64,000 nt of DNA from Desulfurococcaceae archaeon (GTDB taxonomy: Archaea; Thermoproteota; Thermoprotei_A; Sulfolobales; Desulfurococcaceae). Below are positions 30,514 through 39,719 of the stretch, one piece after another. The stretch covers positions 128,001-192,000 of the forward strand of contig JAWAJB010000001.1 of NCBI GenBank assembly GCA_038888155.1. The letters run 5' to 3'. The number at the start of each line of letters is the position of its first letter. Position 1 is the stretch's first letter. A model generated the notes under the pieces. The model was not told the DNA's origin, did not search any database, and was given only the letters and a program-made list of their open reading frames with translations. The translations under genes and the position numbers were made by a program.

Positions 30514-30801
30514 GTGAATATGGTTATTTTTCGAAGGACTAAGAAAAAAAGCCCCGAGGAAATGCGAAACGAGCTTATCAAATTAATTGATGAAAGCAGG
30601 GAGGCTGTATACAAAGAGGCGTTCTATTCCCATCCATCAGTAAGAGGAATAGTAGAAAGCATAAATAAGCGTTGGGAGGCAGCTGGGTACACTGGTAAAC
30701 CTATAGACTACGCCACAGTAGATGAGGTTAAGGCTCTCTACAAAATTGCGAAAAAGATAGCTCAACTTGAGCCCAGTGAGTTAGAGGAAGAATATTTTTA
30801 A
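30514..30801 (+). CDS. Hypothetical protein
   Basis: 95-aa charged helical ORF directly after R15P isomerase on same strand. Confidence 0.65.
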   Translation: MNMVIFRRTKKKSPEEMRNELIKLIDESREAVYKEAFYSHPSVRGIVESINKRWEAAGYTGKPIDYATVDEVKALYKIAKKIAQLEPSELEEEYF

Positions 30802-30864
30802 TGAAATGTGTACTAAATAAAAGTGAGTATTTTTAATAGCCTTAGAGTTAAGGTGTAACTGGAG

Positions 30865-31230
30865 TTGAGTGATACAGAGGCGCTTAGAGAAAAGGTTATA
30901 GAGGTACTGGAGAGCATTATTGATCCAGAAATAGGTATTGACGTGTACAACCTCGGGCTAATATACGATATACAAGTCATCGACGATAAAAATGTTAAGA
31001 TCTCTATGGGATTGACAACGATTTTTTGTCCACTTGCATCGATAATACCCCTCATGATATCAGAACAGCTGCGTGTTAGGCTGGGGATAGAGGCAGATAT
31101 CAGCGTGGTTTATGACCCTCCCTGGACACCGTTGAGGATGACTGAAAAGGGTCGCTCCGCTTTTAAAGAGAGGTTTGGCTACGATATTGTTGAAACTTAT
31201 TTACAGTCGTTTAGGTTAATCAACAAGTAA
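30865..31230 (+). CDS. Metal-sulfur cluster assembly factor (DUF59/SufT-like)
   Basis: [24 protein letters not shown]. Confidence 0.92.
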   Translation: MSDTEALREKVIEVLESIIDPEIGIDVYNLGLIYDIQVIDDKNVKISMGLTTIFCPLASIIPLMISEQLRVRLGIEADISVVYDPPWTPLRMTEKGRSAFKERFGYDIVETYLQSFRLINK

Positions 31231-31243
31231 AGGTGTACGCGAT

Positions 31244-32626
31244 TTGAGCTGGAGCATTTTAGTTCTACTGAGGGAAAAGCCCGACTTGCTGAAAGAATAC
31301 GTAAAAAAGAGATTTATGGATCTTTCCATTGTTGATAAAGCGTATGAGTTGGATCTCCTGTGGCGCAAGCTTTTAACAACCGTCCAAGAGGTAAGACACA
31401 AGCACAATATAATAAGTAGAGAGGTGTCAAGGCTCCCAGAGCACGAGAAAGAGAAGAAAATAGATGAAGCAAGGAGGTTGCTAGACGAGTTAAATAGACT
31501 TGAAAGCGAACTAAAAATTGTCGAGCAACAGAGAGAGGATATCCTACTGAATCTACCAAATATCGTTCATCAAAGTGTACCTTTAGGTCCTGATGATAGT
31601 TATAATGTCCCCCTTAGATTTTGGGGGAAACCGAGAGTTTGGGTTGAGTACCTGGAGCAGTTTAAGCAGCAGACCGAGAGATTTGGATTTAAAGTGGATT
31701 ACGAGGCTATTAATTGGAGACCTGTTGGTCATGCGGACGTACTAGAAAACGCTCTCAACCTAGGAAATACCATAAAGGCCGGAGAAGTTGCTGGGAGCAG
31801 GTTTTACTACTTATTTGATGATATAGTCTTCTTGGACATGGCTTTACTAATGCACGCCGTCAACCACCTGACCAATAAGGGCTACAGACTTGTTCTTCCA
31901 CCTTACATGTTGAGACATAAAATCATGATGGGGGTTCTAGACCTAAAGGCATTTGAGGATGCAATCTACAAAATCGAGGGTGAGGACTTATACCTTATAG
32001 CCACTGCAGAGCACTCTCTAGCTGCACTACACGCATTTGAAGATCTACACGAAGAGGACCTGCCCCTTAAATACGCGGGGATTTCTCCCTGTTTCAGAAA
32101 AGAGGCAGGCGCTGGGTCAAGGGACCTTAAAGGTATATTCAGGGTACACCAATTCCACAAGGTCGAACAGTACGTTTATGCTAGGCCCGAAGATAGCTGG
32201 GAGTTAATGGAGGAGATGATATTCAACGCCGAAGAAGTGTTCAGAGAGCTGGAGCTGCCATATAGAGTTGTTAACATCGCAAGTGGCGATCTTGGCGCGC
32301 CTGCAGCAAAGAAATATGACCTAGAGACATGGATGCCTGCTCAGGGCCTGTATAGGGAAATGGTCAGCTGTAGCAATACAACCGATTGGCAGAGCTATAG
32401 GTTAAAGATAAGGCTTATCAGGAGGAAAGGGATGATCAGGGAGTACGTGCATACCCTCAATAGTACTGCTATAGCCAGTACTAGAGCTATTACTGCTATA
32501 CTGGAAAATCACCAGAATGAGGATGGAACGGTGACAATACCTAGAGCGCTTAGGAAGTACTTAGAGGTATTTAACAGGGCTCCAAAGGATTTCATACATC
32601 CCTACAAAAAAGAGCGACCTACGTAG
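31244..32626 (+). CDS. serS: Serine--tRNA ligase
   Basis: N-terminal coiled coil, [36 protein letters not shown]. Confidence 0.97.
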   Translation: MSWSILVLLREKPDLLKEYVKKRFMDLSIVDKAYELDLLWRKLLTTVQEVRHKHNIISREVSRLPEHEKEKKIDEARRLLDELNRLESELKIVEQQREDILLNLPNIVHQSVPLGPDDSYNVPLRFWGKPRVWVEYLEQFKQQTERFGFKVDYEAINWRPVGHADVLENALNLGNTIKAGEVAGSRFYYLFDDIVFLDMALLMHAVNHLTNKGYRLVLPPYMLRHKIMMGVLDLKAFEDAIYKIEGEDLYLIATAEHSLAALHAFEDLHEEDLPLKYAGISPCFRKEAGAGSRDLKGIFRVHQFHKVEQYVYARPEDSWELMEEMIFNAEEVFRELELPYRVVNIASGDLGAPAAKKYDLETWMPAQGLYREMVSCSNTTDWQSYRLKIRLIRRKGMIREYVHTLNSTAIASTRAITAILENHQNEDGTVTIPRALRKYLEVFNRAPKDFIHPYKKERPT

Positions 32627-32918
32627 CTGTTTAAGGCAATTACTTTGGTGAAGTTTCAATGTACATTTCATGTTAAATTCCAGCTAGCAAAATGGTAACT
32701 TAAATATAGTCCTCTCGGAAAGCAACCCTAGAGGAAAGGTGCCTAGCTCCATTCTGGGTTGAAGGGAGGTAGTGAAGCCGAGGACTTATAGAAAGGCATG
32801 TAGATAGGGCACTTAAGTTTGCATTTATAACAGCCGCTCCCTCGTGTACAGCGAAGTATATTACTTAACCCAGCCCTTTAAAAGCGAATTCTCTAAATCG
32901 TGTCGTTGGGGACAAAAA

Positions 32919-33281
32919 TTGAGCATCAATAAAGTAATTGTTGAAGTGCAGTTAGATTTTAGCGAGGAGAGCGATCGAGCATTAAAAACGCTGTTCAACG
33001 TAGCCGAAGAGCTACTCGATAAATACGAGCTTTGGGTGGAGATAATCCCCGTTCATTTATGGTTTTCAGATCCATTGGAAGCTGAACTATCTGATCTACC
33101 CAAGATATTTATAAATGGGAAGTTGAGGTTTATCGGCAAATCACCAAGCAGAAGGGAAGCCCTTAACGCTATTTTAGAGCACGCCAATACCCCACCTAAA
33201 CGGGTTGAAACTGCGAGCAACACTATAAACTCGAGGATCGATTTTGACGGCGGTATTCCAGAGGTTGCTCTAACATTCTAG
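32919..33281 (+). CDS. Small thioredoxin-fold-like protein lacking CxxC
   Basis: LPKIFING (cis-Pro loop pattern) and G..P; TTG start at 32919 after GGGG SD preferred to 32844. Confidence 0.55.
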   Translation: MSINKVIVEVQLDFSEESDRALKTLFNVAEELLDKYELWVEIIPVHLWFSDPLEAELSDLPKIFINGKLRFIGKSPSRREALNAILEHANTPPKRVETASNTINSRIDFDGGIPEVALTF

Positions 33282-33300
33282 GCAGGTATGGGAATTCTTA

Positions 33301-33313
33301 GAAAATTATATAA
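33301..33313 (+). promoter_or_regulatory. BRE/TATA promoter for the putative K-turn RNA
   Basis: GAAAA-TTATATAA about 25 nt upstream of 33338, with no downstream protein ORF on this strand. Confidence 0.55.
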
Positions 33314-33337
33314 GGGTCTTAGAGCAAATTACACTTA

Positions 33338-33530
33338 GCCGAGAACTCTTCGCCACGGTGAGACGGGCTTATTCGCACAGTTCGTTCCAGTACTGGCTTG
33401 CTTTATTATTTAGCAAAACAACAAGCTAATATATCGCCATACTAGATAAGTGGAACAAGCTAATAAAACTGTAGCTATAAATGAACGCGGAAATGAATAA
33501 TTGTATAAGTGGCGAGGAGTTCGATGAGGC
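33338..33530 (+). ncRNA. Putative ~190-nt non-coding RNA closed by a 14-bp stem and a terminal kink-turn
   Basis: GCC-GA-GAACTCTTCGCCAC (33338-33356) pairs with GTGGCGAGGAGTTC-GAT-GA-GGC (33509-33530): 14 bp with one G-U, 3-nt bulge, tandem G.A, 3-bp NC stem. Confidence 0.6.
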
Positions 33531-33571
33531 ACCTCGGAGAATTAAATGTGAAAGTTTCACGCCATTGAGCA

Positions 33572-34381
33572 CTATCTAGGTGCTCTCTTCCTTAGCCACG
33601 TTGTGGTATGTTCGTGGGCTAAATAAGCTGCGTTCTCTTCATCCCCCTTTAGTAAGTAGTAGTAAAAGTAAGTTGAAGTAAAGTAATCTCCTGCACCTGT
33701 TTTGTTCTCGGCAACGTAATCCACTGGCAGATCAATTGATTTTACAGCACTTGAGCTTATTAAAATAGACTTGTTCGGCCTAATTGTAACAACCATAACC
33801 CCCTTAAGGCGCTTAGATATCTTCTCAGTAGCATCTTTTAAATTCGACGACAATGTAAGCGCTAGAAATTCCTCAAGATCTGCGTGGATTACATCTGGTA
33901 CTTCCAGTGCTATCATTGCCTCTGGGGTAGAGTCTAGAACTAACTCGCCTTCCCTTACTCTTCTCAAAAAACCCTGTAGATCTACGGCCAGCAGCTCGGA
34001 GCCGCATTTAATACCCTTAAGAGTTGATATGCTAACTTCTCCAATAACAGGGTTAACAATTGAGTAACACTGACCTTCGTGCATGTTCCACGGATATATA
34101 GATGGCGCTAGTTCAAGTGCCCTTATTCTCCTTGTGCTGCCTAAGTATTCTATTTTGAAAATGTTTGCAGTGCTTGAGTACTGTTTTACATTTATGTAGG
34201 CGCTAATGGGATGGCTTATGAGTCGATGACTGTACGCAGCATAGACTTCTACCTTGAGGTTTCGCTCAATGAGCGGTATCGCAGAATAGAATGACCCACC
34301 TCCGTGTGCGGCTTCTTCTTTTACTTTACCAATGCTTATTAGATCTATTGTGGGATTGCCGTAAATGCAGAACCTCTTCAA
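33572..34381 (-). CDS. PfkB/ribokinase-family carbohydrate kinase
   Basis: GN...D, GGGS.Y, D.QG..R, TGAGD.F. Confidence 0.8.
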   Translation of the reverse strand: MKRFCIYGNPTIDLISIGKVKEEAAHGGGSFYSAIPLIERNLKVEVYAAYSHRLISHPISAYINVKQYSSTANIFKIEYLGSTRRIRALELAPSIYPWNMHEGQCYSIVNPVIGEVSISTLKGIKCGSELLAVDLQGFLRRVREGELVLDSTPEAMIALEVPDVIHADLEEFLALTLSSNLKDATEKISKRLKGVMVVTIRPNKSILISSSAVKSIDLPVDYVAENKTGAGDYFTSTYFYYYLLKGDEENAAYLAHEHTTTWLRKRAPR

Positions 34382-34662
34382 GATTCATCCTCGGCTTTGC
34401 TACTGAGCAATTTCTCGACTCTCTTCTTTTGTTCAAACAAATGATAGCCTTTAATGTGCTCTATAAGATCTTCGACAGAGTAGAAAAATGAGTTTTCATA
34501 TTTGTAGTTAACCGGGGGGGTCTCGCCTAAACACTTTGACGCAGCATGGGCACAAATAGGGCAAGAAATGAGGCCCGTTATTTTGTCTCTACACGTCCTG
34601 AACCTTATTCCCTCGTGGTCGACTTCAAATAACTCCCACCTGGGCTCCCAAGTATAGGCCAA
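34378..34662 (-). CDS. Small zinc-finger-like protein
   Basis: CPIC ... F....DL.EH...H pattern; TTG start after GAGGTG SD. Confidence 0.7.
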   Translation of the reverse strand: MAYTWEPRWELFEVDHEGIRFRTCRDKITGLISCPICAHAASKCLGETPPVNYKYENSFFYSVEDLIEHIKGYHLFEQKKRVEKLLSSKAEDES

Positions 34663-34673
34663 AGGTTAAAACA

Positions 34674-34726
34674 CCTCAGTCGGTTGATCCATCCTCACCA
34701 ATCAGGGGCCTAAAGTCTCAGCACCT
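34674..34726 (-). ncRNA. Box C/D 2'-O-methylation guide sRNA, both guides complementary to 16S rRNA
   Basis: C GTGCTGA - GACTTTAGGCCC - D' CTGA - TTG - C' GTGAGGA - TGGATCAACCGA - D CTGA; guides complementary to conserved archaeal 16S GGGCCUAAAG and CGGUUGAUCC. Confidence 0.85.
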
Positions 34727-34747
34727 AATTGTACTTGATATTTAGTG

Positions 34748-34761
34748 CTTATATTATTTTT
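34748..34761 (-). promoter_or_regulatory. TATA-like promoter for the C/D sRNA and downstream genes
   Basis: AAAAATAATATAAG on minus strand about 25 nt upstream of the C box. Confidence 0.45.
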
Positions 34762-34885
34762 CTTGTTACAATATCTTTGGATCAAAAGTACTAGTGTTCG
34801 TCGAAAATTAGAGGAGTCGTCCTTGATCGTATGAGTTTTTGGTCAAAAAAATCTAGTTTTTCTGTTTTTAAAAGATAGATAGTCC

Positions 34886-35524
34886 CTATGGGGGTTTAGG
34901 AAGTATAATGCTCTTCTTGTATGTAGCCGGATTGAATGAGTTGCTATCTAATTTAACAACGCTATATCCACTTGTATACTTCAAGAACTCGTCTACTGGC
35001 TTAATTGGGAGGGTTAATCCCTGAGTCCAATAGTGTATAGGCATTACATTCAACGGATTTGCCTTCTCGATAATAGTCCAAGCTTCGCTCGGCTCTATGG
35101 TAAAGGTCCCGCCGACTGGTATCATGAGGAGGTCTACACCGCTGAGCTTTGCTAATGTGCCTTCAGGTGGTACTTCCCCTAAGTCGCCTAAATGCGCTAA
35201 CCGCATGGCCTCTACTTCAATTATGTAAATAGCGTTTTCTCCTCTTCTCTTACCCTGCTGTTTATCGTGATATGTCTTAATTCCAGCTATCTTAATGTTA
35301 TCGATGAGGCTCTCCCCATAAAACATTTTAAATATCCTTGTCTTGTCCTTTGAGACAACATTCACAGCGTTGTGATCAAAGTGATCATGAGTTGAGAGAA
35401 CAATATCTGCCTTAACGGCAGGTCTATTCAATCCAATACTAGTGCCATCGTGTGGATCTATTACAATAACGTAGTTATCTATTGATACAGATACGCACGC
35501 GTGCCCGTGCCAAGAAACTATCAT
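34886..35524 (-). CDS. MBL-fold metallo-hydrolase
   Basis: W.GHAC, IDP, THDHFDH, HLGD, PVGG.FT, PIHY. Confidence 0.9.
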   Translation of the reverse strand: MIVSWHGHACVSVSIDNYVIVIDPHDGTSIGLNRPAVKADIVLSTHDHFDHNAVNVVSKDKTRIFKMFYGESLIDNIKIAGIKTYHDKQQGKRRGENAIYIIEVEAMRLAHLGDLGEVPPEGTLAKLSGVDLLMIPVGGTFTIEPSEAWTIIEKANPLNVMPIHYWTQGLTLPIKPVDEFLKYTSGYSVVKLDSNSFNPATYKKSIILPKPP

Positions 35525-35600
35525 AGGGAGCCAACCGATTTAGTAATATACCCTACAATAAATAAATATTAAATCTCAGGCATTACCTTGGTGCTACGCA

Positions 35601-37004
35601 TTGAGCCTAGAGTTATTGGGCATAGTAGGGGCGCTACTTGTACTGCTTCCACAAGTATTAGTTTATTTTGTCCACTCAGCAATGCTCCTCGTAGGTAAGG
35701 AAGAACGACCAAAGCCGCGAAAACCCGGGAACTCAAAGAATATCTCATTTATAGTGCCAGTTAGGAAGGAGCCCCTAAACTACATAGAAGAAGCAGTTAA
35801 ATACGTAGGCTCGCTCGGCGTAGCTAACTACGAAGTAATTGTTGTATCTGATGACGACGAACAGCTGAAAGAGGAATTATTCGGGCTAATCAATAGGTTG
35901 AGAAATGAGGGCTTCAACGTATGGATTATCTGGAGAAGTGTTCCAAGAGGGCTGAGAACTGGGGCCTTGAACTTCGGTTTATATGCATCCATAGGTGACT
36001 TTATTTATGTTTTAGATGTTGACTCAAGGCCTGAAAAGTGTTTCTTTGTCAATGCAATAGAGGTCCTAGAAGGCTGCAGAGACTGCATTGGTGCCACTGG
36101 TCGGTGGGAGCCATTGAATGCAGATAGCAGAGTAAGCGAGGCGCTAGCGCTTGGCTTAAAATTCCTAGCAAGAGTACTTTACAGGGCTAGGGATAGAGTT
36201 GGCCTGTTCGTATATCCTCTGGGAACGGGAACGCTCTACAAGTCTCGCCTACTCAAAGAGGTTTTAGGAGGATGGGATGAAAGTAAGATACAAGATGACA
36301 TGGAAATTGGTACCCGAATCATGTACTCTGGGTTCCGAGTTGCATACATTGATGAGTGCGCTATATACGTAGAAAACCCGTCTTCGTACAGAGCCTTTAG
36401 GATACAACAATCGAGGTGGGCCTATGGAGCAATGGATGTCGCTATGTCCAACATAAAGTACATATTTAGGTCAAGGCATCCATTGTTGGTTAGAATAGAG
36501 GCTTACCTTTATCTACTCCAATACCTGCCTCAGTCGCTTGTCTTTATAGGTACAACGATGATGTGTATTTCGCAGCTTATCTGTCCAGCAGACAGCTTAA
36601 AGGACTTAATTTTATTGGCGATTCTGTGGATAGCTGGCCTATCCTCATACTCAATCCTGATGATCAGGGAAGCTTTTTCTGGAAAGAGGCTGTGGGACTT
36701 TATTGTGCTGGCGGGAAGGCTGTCAGCTTTCTCCACAACAGTGTCCCCCTACGTAGCTTTTTATTCTGTTAAAGCTTTACTTAGATTCAAAGAAACTTAC
36801 CAAAGAACGCCCAAGGGAATTTACCAAAAAATACATTCGTCGACTCGCTTTCCGTGGGAACTAGTACTTGGGGTGTTAATTACAGCAGTCGGACTACGTG
36901 CCTTCTTTGCGGAGTCTGTGATAACGGCCTTGTGGCTAATATCCATGGGCTCAGCTTACCTTTATACTACTTATCGATGTACACAAGACGTATTCTACGA
37001 TTAG
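35601..37004 (+). CDS. Membrane glycosyltransferase family 2 (processive, QxxRW type)
   Basis: GALN, DVD, QDD, QQSRW motifs with N- and C-terminal TM helices. Confidence 0.88.
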   Translation: MSLELLGIVGALLVLLPQVLVYFVHSAMLLVGKEERPKPRKPGNSKNISFIVPVRKEPLNYIEEAVKYVGSLGVANYEVIVVSDDDEQLKEELFGLINRLRNEGFNVWIIWRSVPRGLRTGALNFGLYASIGDFIYVLDVDSRPEKCFFVNAIEVLEGCRDCIGATGRWEPLNADSRVSEALALGLKFLARVLYRARDRVGLFVYPLGTGTLYKSRLLKEVLGGWDESKIQDDMEIGTRIMYSGFRVAYIDECAIYVENPSSYRAFRIQQSRWAYGAMDVAMSNIKYIFRSRHPLLVRIEAYLYLLQYLPQSLVFIGTTMMCISQLICPADSLKDLILLAILWIAGLSSYSILMIREAFSGKRLWDFIVLAGRLSAFSTTVSPYVAFYSVKALLRFKETYQRTPKGIYQKIHSSTRFPWELVLGVLITAVGLRAFFAESVITALWLISMGSAYLYTTYRCTQDVFYD

Positions 37005-37067
37005 GGCCAGCACTTAAATCACCTTAAAAGCCTATTTCACTAAGAGAGTGTGTTCGGTGTTCAATAC

Positions 37068-39719
37068 ATGCTTAAGTACGTTACTGACGAACTAAGCGAT
37101 GGTGAAGTACTAGGTGCGCTAAAGCCTTATATTAGAATGTGGTTTCGGAGAAAATACGAATCGCTAACGCCTGTCCAGAGGAAAACCATACCAATAGTCA
37201 AACAGGGTAGTAGCGTTCTAGTCTCGAGCCCAACTGGGACGGGGAAGACATTAGCTGTTTTCCTCGGGATCATAGACAACATATACGATCTCTACGAGAA
37301 ATATGGAAAATTGCCAGATGGCGTTTACGCAGTTTATGTCAGCCCCCTTAGGGCTTTAAATAACGACATGAGAAGAAATCTCTATGATCCAGTGATAGGT
37401 ATTTTAGAAATTGCACGCGAGGAGGGCATTAACTTACCTGAAATAAAAGTAGCTGTGAGGACAAGCGATACAAGTTCATACGAGAAGCAGAAAATGCTGA
37501 AAGATCCACCACACATTTTAATAACAACACCTGAGAGCCTCGCTATTACTCTAAGCGCCCCTCGTTTTAGGGAACTGCTTAAGAATGTCCATGTGATCGT
37601 AGTCGATGAAATACACGATCTTGCTTCAAGTAAGAGGGGGAGTCACCTAGCTTTGAGCATAGAGAGACTTGAGAAGCTTGCAGGTAGGTCTTTGCAGAGA
37701 ATTGGGCTCAGCGCAACAATAGCTCCACTTGATGAGGTTGCGCTGTTTCTTGTAGGGTATAAAGATGGCGGCGAGCCCAAGGATTGTTTTATAGTTGATG
37801 CTAGGTTTGACAAGAAAGTTGACATAAGGGTAGTGGCGCCTATAAAAGATCTTGTGCATACTCCTTCTGATATCATCAATGAGTCGATATACAAGAAAAT
37901 CCTAGAGCTAATCAAGAGGCATAAGACTACTCTGATCTTTACAAACACAAGAAGCGCAACTGAAAGAGTAGTTTTTAAGCTAAGAAAAATTATGGAAAAC
38001 GAACACATACTAGATATAGATGAAATTGAGGCCCATCACAGTAGCCTCAGTAGGGATTTGAGACTAGATGTTGAGGAAAGACTAAAGAAAGGGCACCTGA
38101 GAGTTGTCGTAAGCTCTACTTCTTTGGAGCTAGGCATAGACGTTGGTTATATCGACTTAGTGTTGCTTTTGAGTAGCCCAAAGAGCGTTACTAGGCTTTT
38201 ACAGAGAGTTGGAAGATCTGGCCACCATATACGCGCGATGAGTAAGGGTAGAATTATAGTTGTCGACAGAGACGACCTAGTTGAGTGCGCTGTTCTAAGC
38301 AAATTAGCGCGCGAGAGAAAAATAGATAGGATCAGAATACCCAAGAATCCGCTAGATGTTCTTGCACAACAAATAGTTGGAATGGCGCTCGATAGTGATT
38401 GCAAAATTGAAGAGGCTTACAACCTAGTCAGGAGGACATATAGCTTTCATGATCTGAGCTACGGCGATTTTCTCAACGTTGTACATTACCTAGCAGGCAA
38501 ACTGGGAGGCTTTTATGAGTACCAGAAAGTGTATTCAAAGATATGGGTAGATGAAAATAAGGGAATTTTTGGAAGAAAGAGAACAACAAGAATGATTTAT
38601 CACTTGAACTTAGGCGTCATACCTGACGAGAGCAAGGTTAGAGTATTTAATACTGACAACAAATACGTTGGAGACCTAGAAGAGGGCTTTGTTGAATACT
38701 TAACACCTGGCGATCTCTTTGTTCTCGGCGGACGCGTATATGAATTTCTCCACAGCAAGGGGTTTACAGCTTTTGTTAGAAATGCCGACGGGCAGAGACC
38801 CACAGTCCCAACGTGGTTCAGTGAAATGCTGCCTTTATCTTTTGACTCGGCAGTAGAAGTGGGTAAGTTTAGGAGAATTGTTTCGGAGATGCTGGACGCT
38901 GATGGTAGAAGTATTGTACTCTCGTATTTAATAAAAGAATATAAGCTTCAAAAGCAAGCTGCCGAGTCTATATGCGATTATATACTGGAACAAAAGCTCT
39001 ATACAGGTAACCTAGTGCCCTCAGATAAATTAATCCTAGTAGAGATCTACGACGAAGAGACTCGAAGAAACGTGATTGTACACTCGATTTTTGGTAGAAA
39101 AGCTAACGACGCACTTGCGAGACTACTAGCGTATACAGTTGGATCCAAGCTTGGCGTAAATGTAAAAATTACTGTCACCGATAACGGCTTTATGTTGACG
39201 CTTCCGGGCCACCCAGTAGCTAACTACGCCGAGCTGCTAAAATCAATTCCAATTAAAAGCGTGTGGGACACGCTAACTAAGGCAATAAGGAGAACCGATC
39301 TCGTAAAGCGAAGATTTAGGCACGTGGCAGTGCGCAGCTTTATGTTGTTGAGAAGATATAGAGAAGCAGAGAAGTCTCTCGGCAGACTCCAATTAAACGC
39401 TGAAGAGCTCTTAAAGGCAGTTGAGGAGATAAAGGAATTTCCAGTGCTAAAGGAGACTTATAGGGAAATACTTATGGATTACATGCACATAGATGAGGCA
39501 ATAAAGGTTATCGAGGGTATACAAAGGGGAGATATCGCGGTTAGAGAGATAGGGCCGCTCGATGTGCCTTCACCCTTTGCCCACAGCATCGTTGCTCACG
39601 GGTACACAGACGTAGTCCTAATGGAGGATATGAGGCGCTTAATAGCTAGACTACATGAACTCGTAATTGGAAGGCTTAAATCGCTCGGTTTGGAACTTGA
39701 AAATCCCGCCCTTACGTAG
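37068..39719 (+). CDS. lhr: Lhr-family ATP-dependent SF2 helicase
   Basis: SPTGTGKT, SPLRALNND, ITTPESL, DEIH, GLSAT, HHSS, SLELGID, QRVGRSGH, P.WFSEML. Confidence 0.93.
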   Translation: MLKYVTDELSDGEVLGALKPYIRMWFRRKYESLTPVQRKTIPIVKQGSSVLVSSPTGTGKTLAVFLGIIDNIYDLYEKYGKLPDGVYAVYVSPLRALNNDMRRNLYDPVIGILEIAREEGINLPEIKVAVRTSDTSSYEKQKMLKDPPHILITTPESLAITLSAPRFRELLKNVHVIVVDEIHDLASSKRGSHLALSIERLEKLAGRSLQRIGLSATIAPLDEVALFLVGYKDGGEPKDCFIVDARFDKKVDIRVVAPIKDLVHTPSDIINESIYKKILELIKRHKTTLIFTNTRSATERVVFKLRKIMENEHILDIDEIEAHHSSLSRDLRLDVEERLKKGHLRVVVSSTSLELGIDVGYIDLVLLLSSPKSVTRLLQRVGRSGHHIRAMSKGRIIVVDRDDLVECAVLSKLARERKIDRIRIPKNPLDVLAQQIVGMALDSDCKIEEAYNLVRRTYSFHDLSYGDFLNVVHYLAGKLGGFYEYQKVYSKIWVDENKGIFGRKRTTRMIYHLNLGVIPDESKVRVFNTDNKYVGDLEEGFVEYLTPGDLFVLGGRVYEFLHSKGFTAFVRNADGQRPTVPTWFSEMLPLSFDSAVEVGKFRRIVSEMLDADGRSIVLSYLIKEYKLQKQAAESICDYILEQKLYTGNLVPSDKLILVEIYDEETRRNVIVHSIFGRKANDALARLLAYTVGSKLGVNVKITVTDNGFMLTLPGHPVANYAELLKSIPIKSVWDTLTKAIRRTDLVKRRFRHVAVRSFMLLRRYREAEKSLGRLQLNAEELLKAVEEIKEFPVLKETYREILMDYMHIDEAIKVIEGIQRGDIAVREIGPLDVPSPFAHSIVAHGYTDVVLMEDMRRLIARLHELVIGRLKSLGLELENPALT

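Noticed and set aside
33358-33445. Short ORFs inside the K-turn RNA loop (e.g. VRRAYSHSSFQYWLALLFSKTTS*)
   Set aside because: Very short, no motif, start/SD geometry unconvincing; kept only as an alternative within the RNA finding
32700-33530. RNase P or SRP RNA (fragments such as GAGGAAAG and GGTGAGACGG)
   Set aside because: Other conserved core motifs are missing and the interior is too AT-rich for these RNAs in a thermophile
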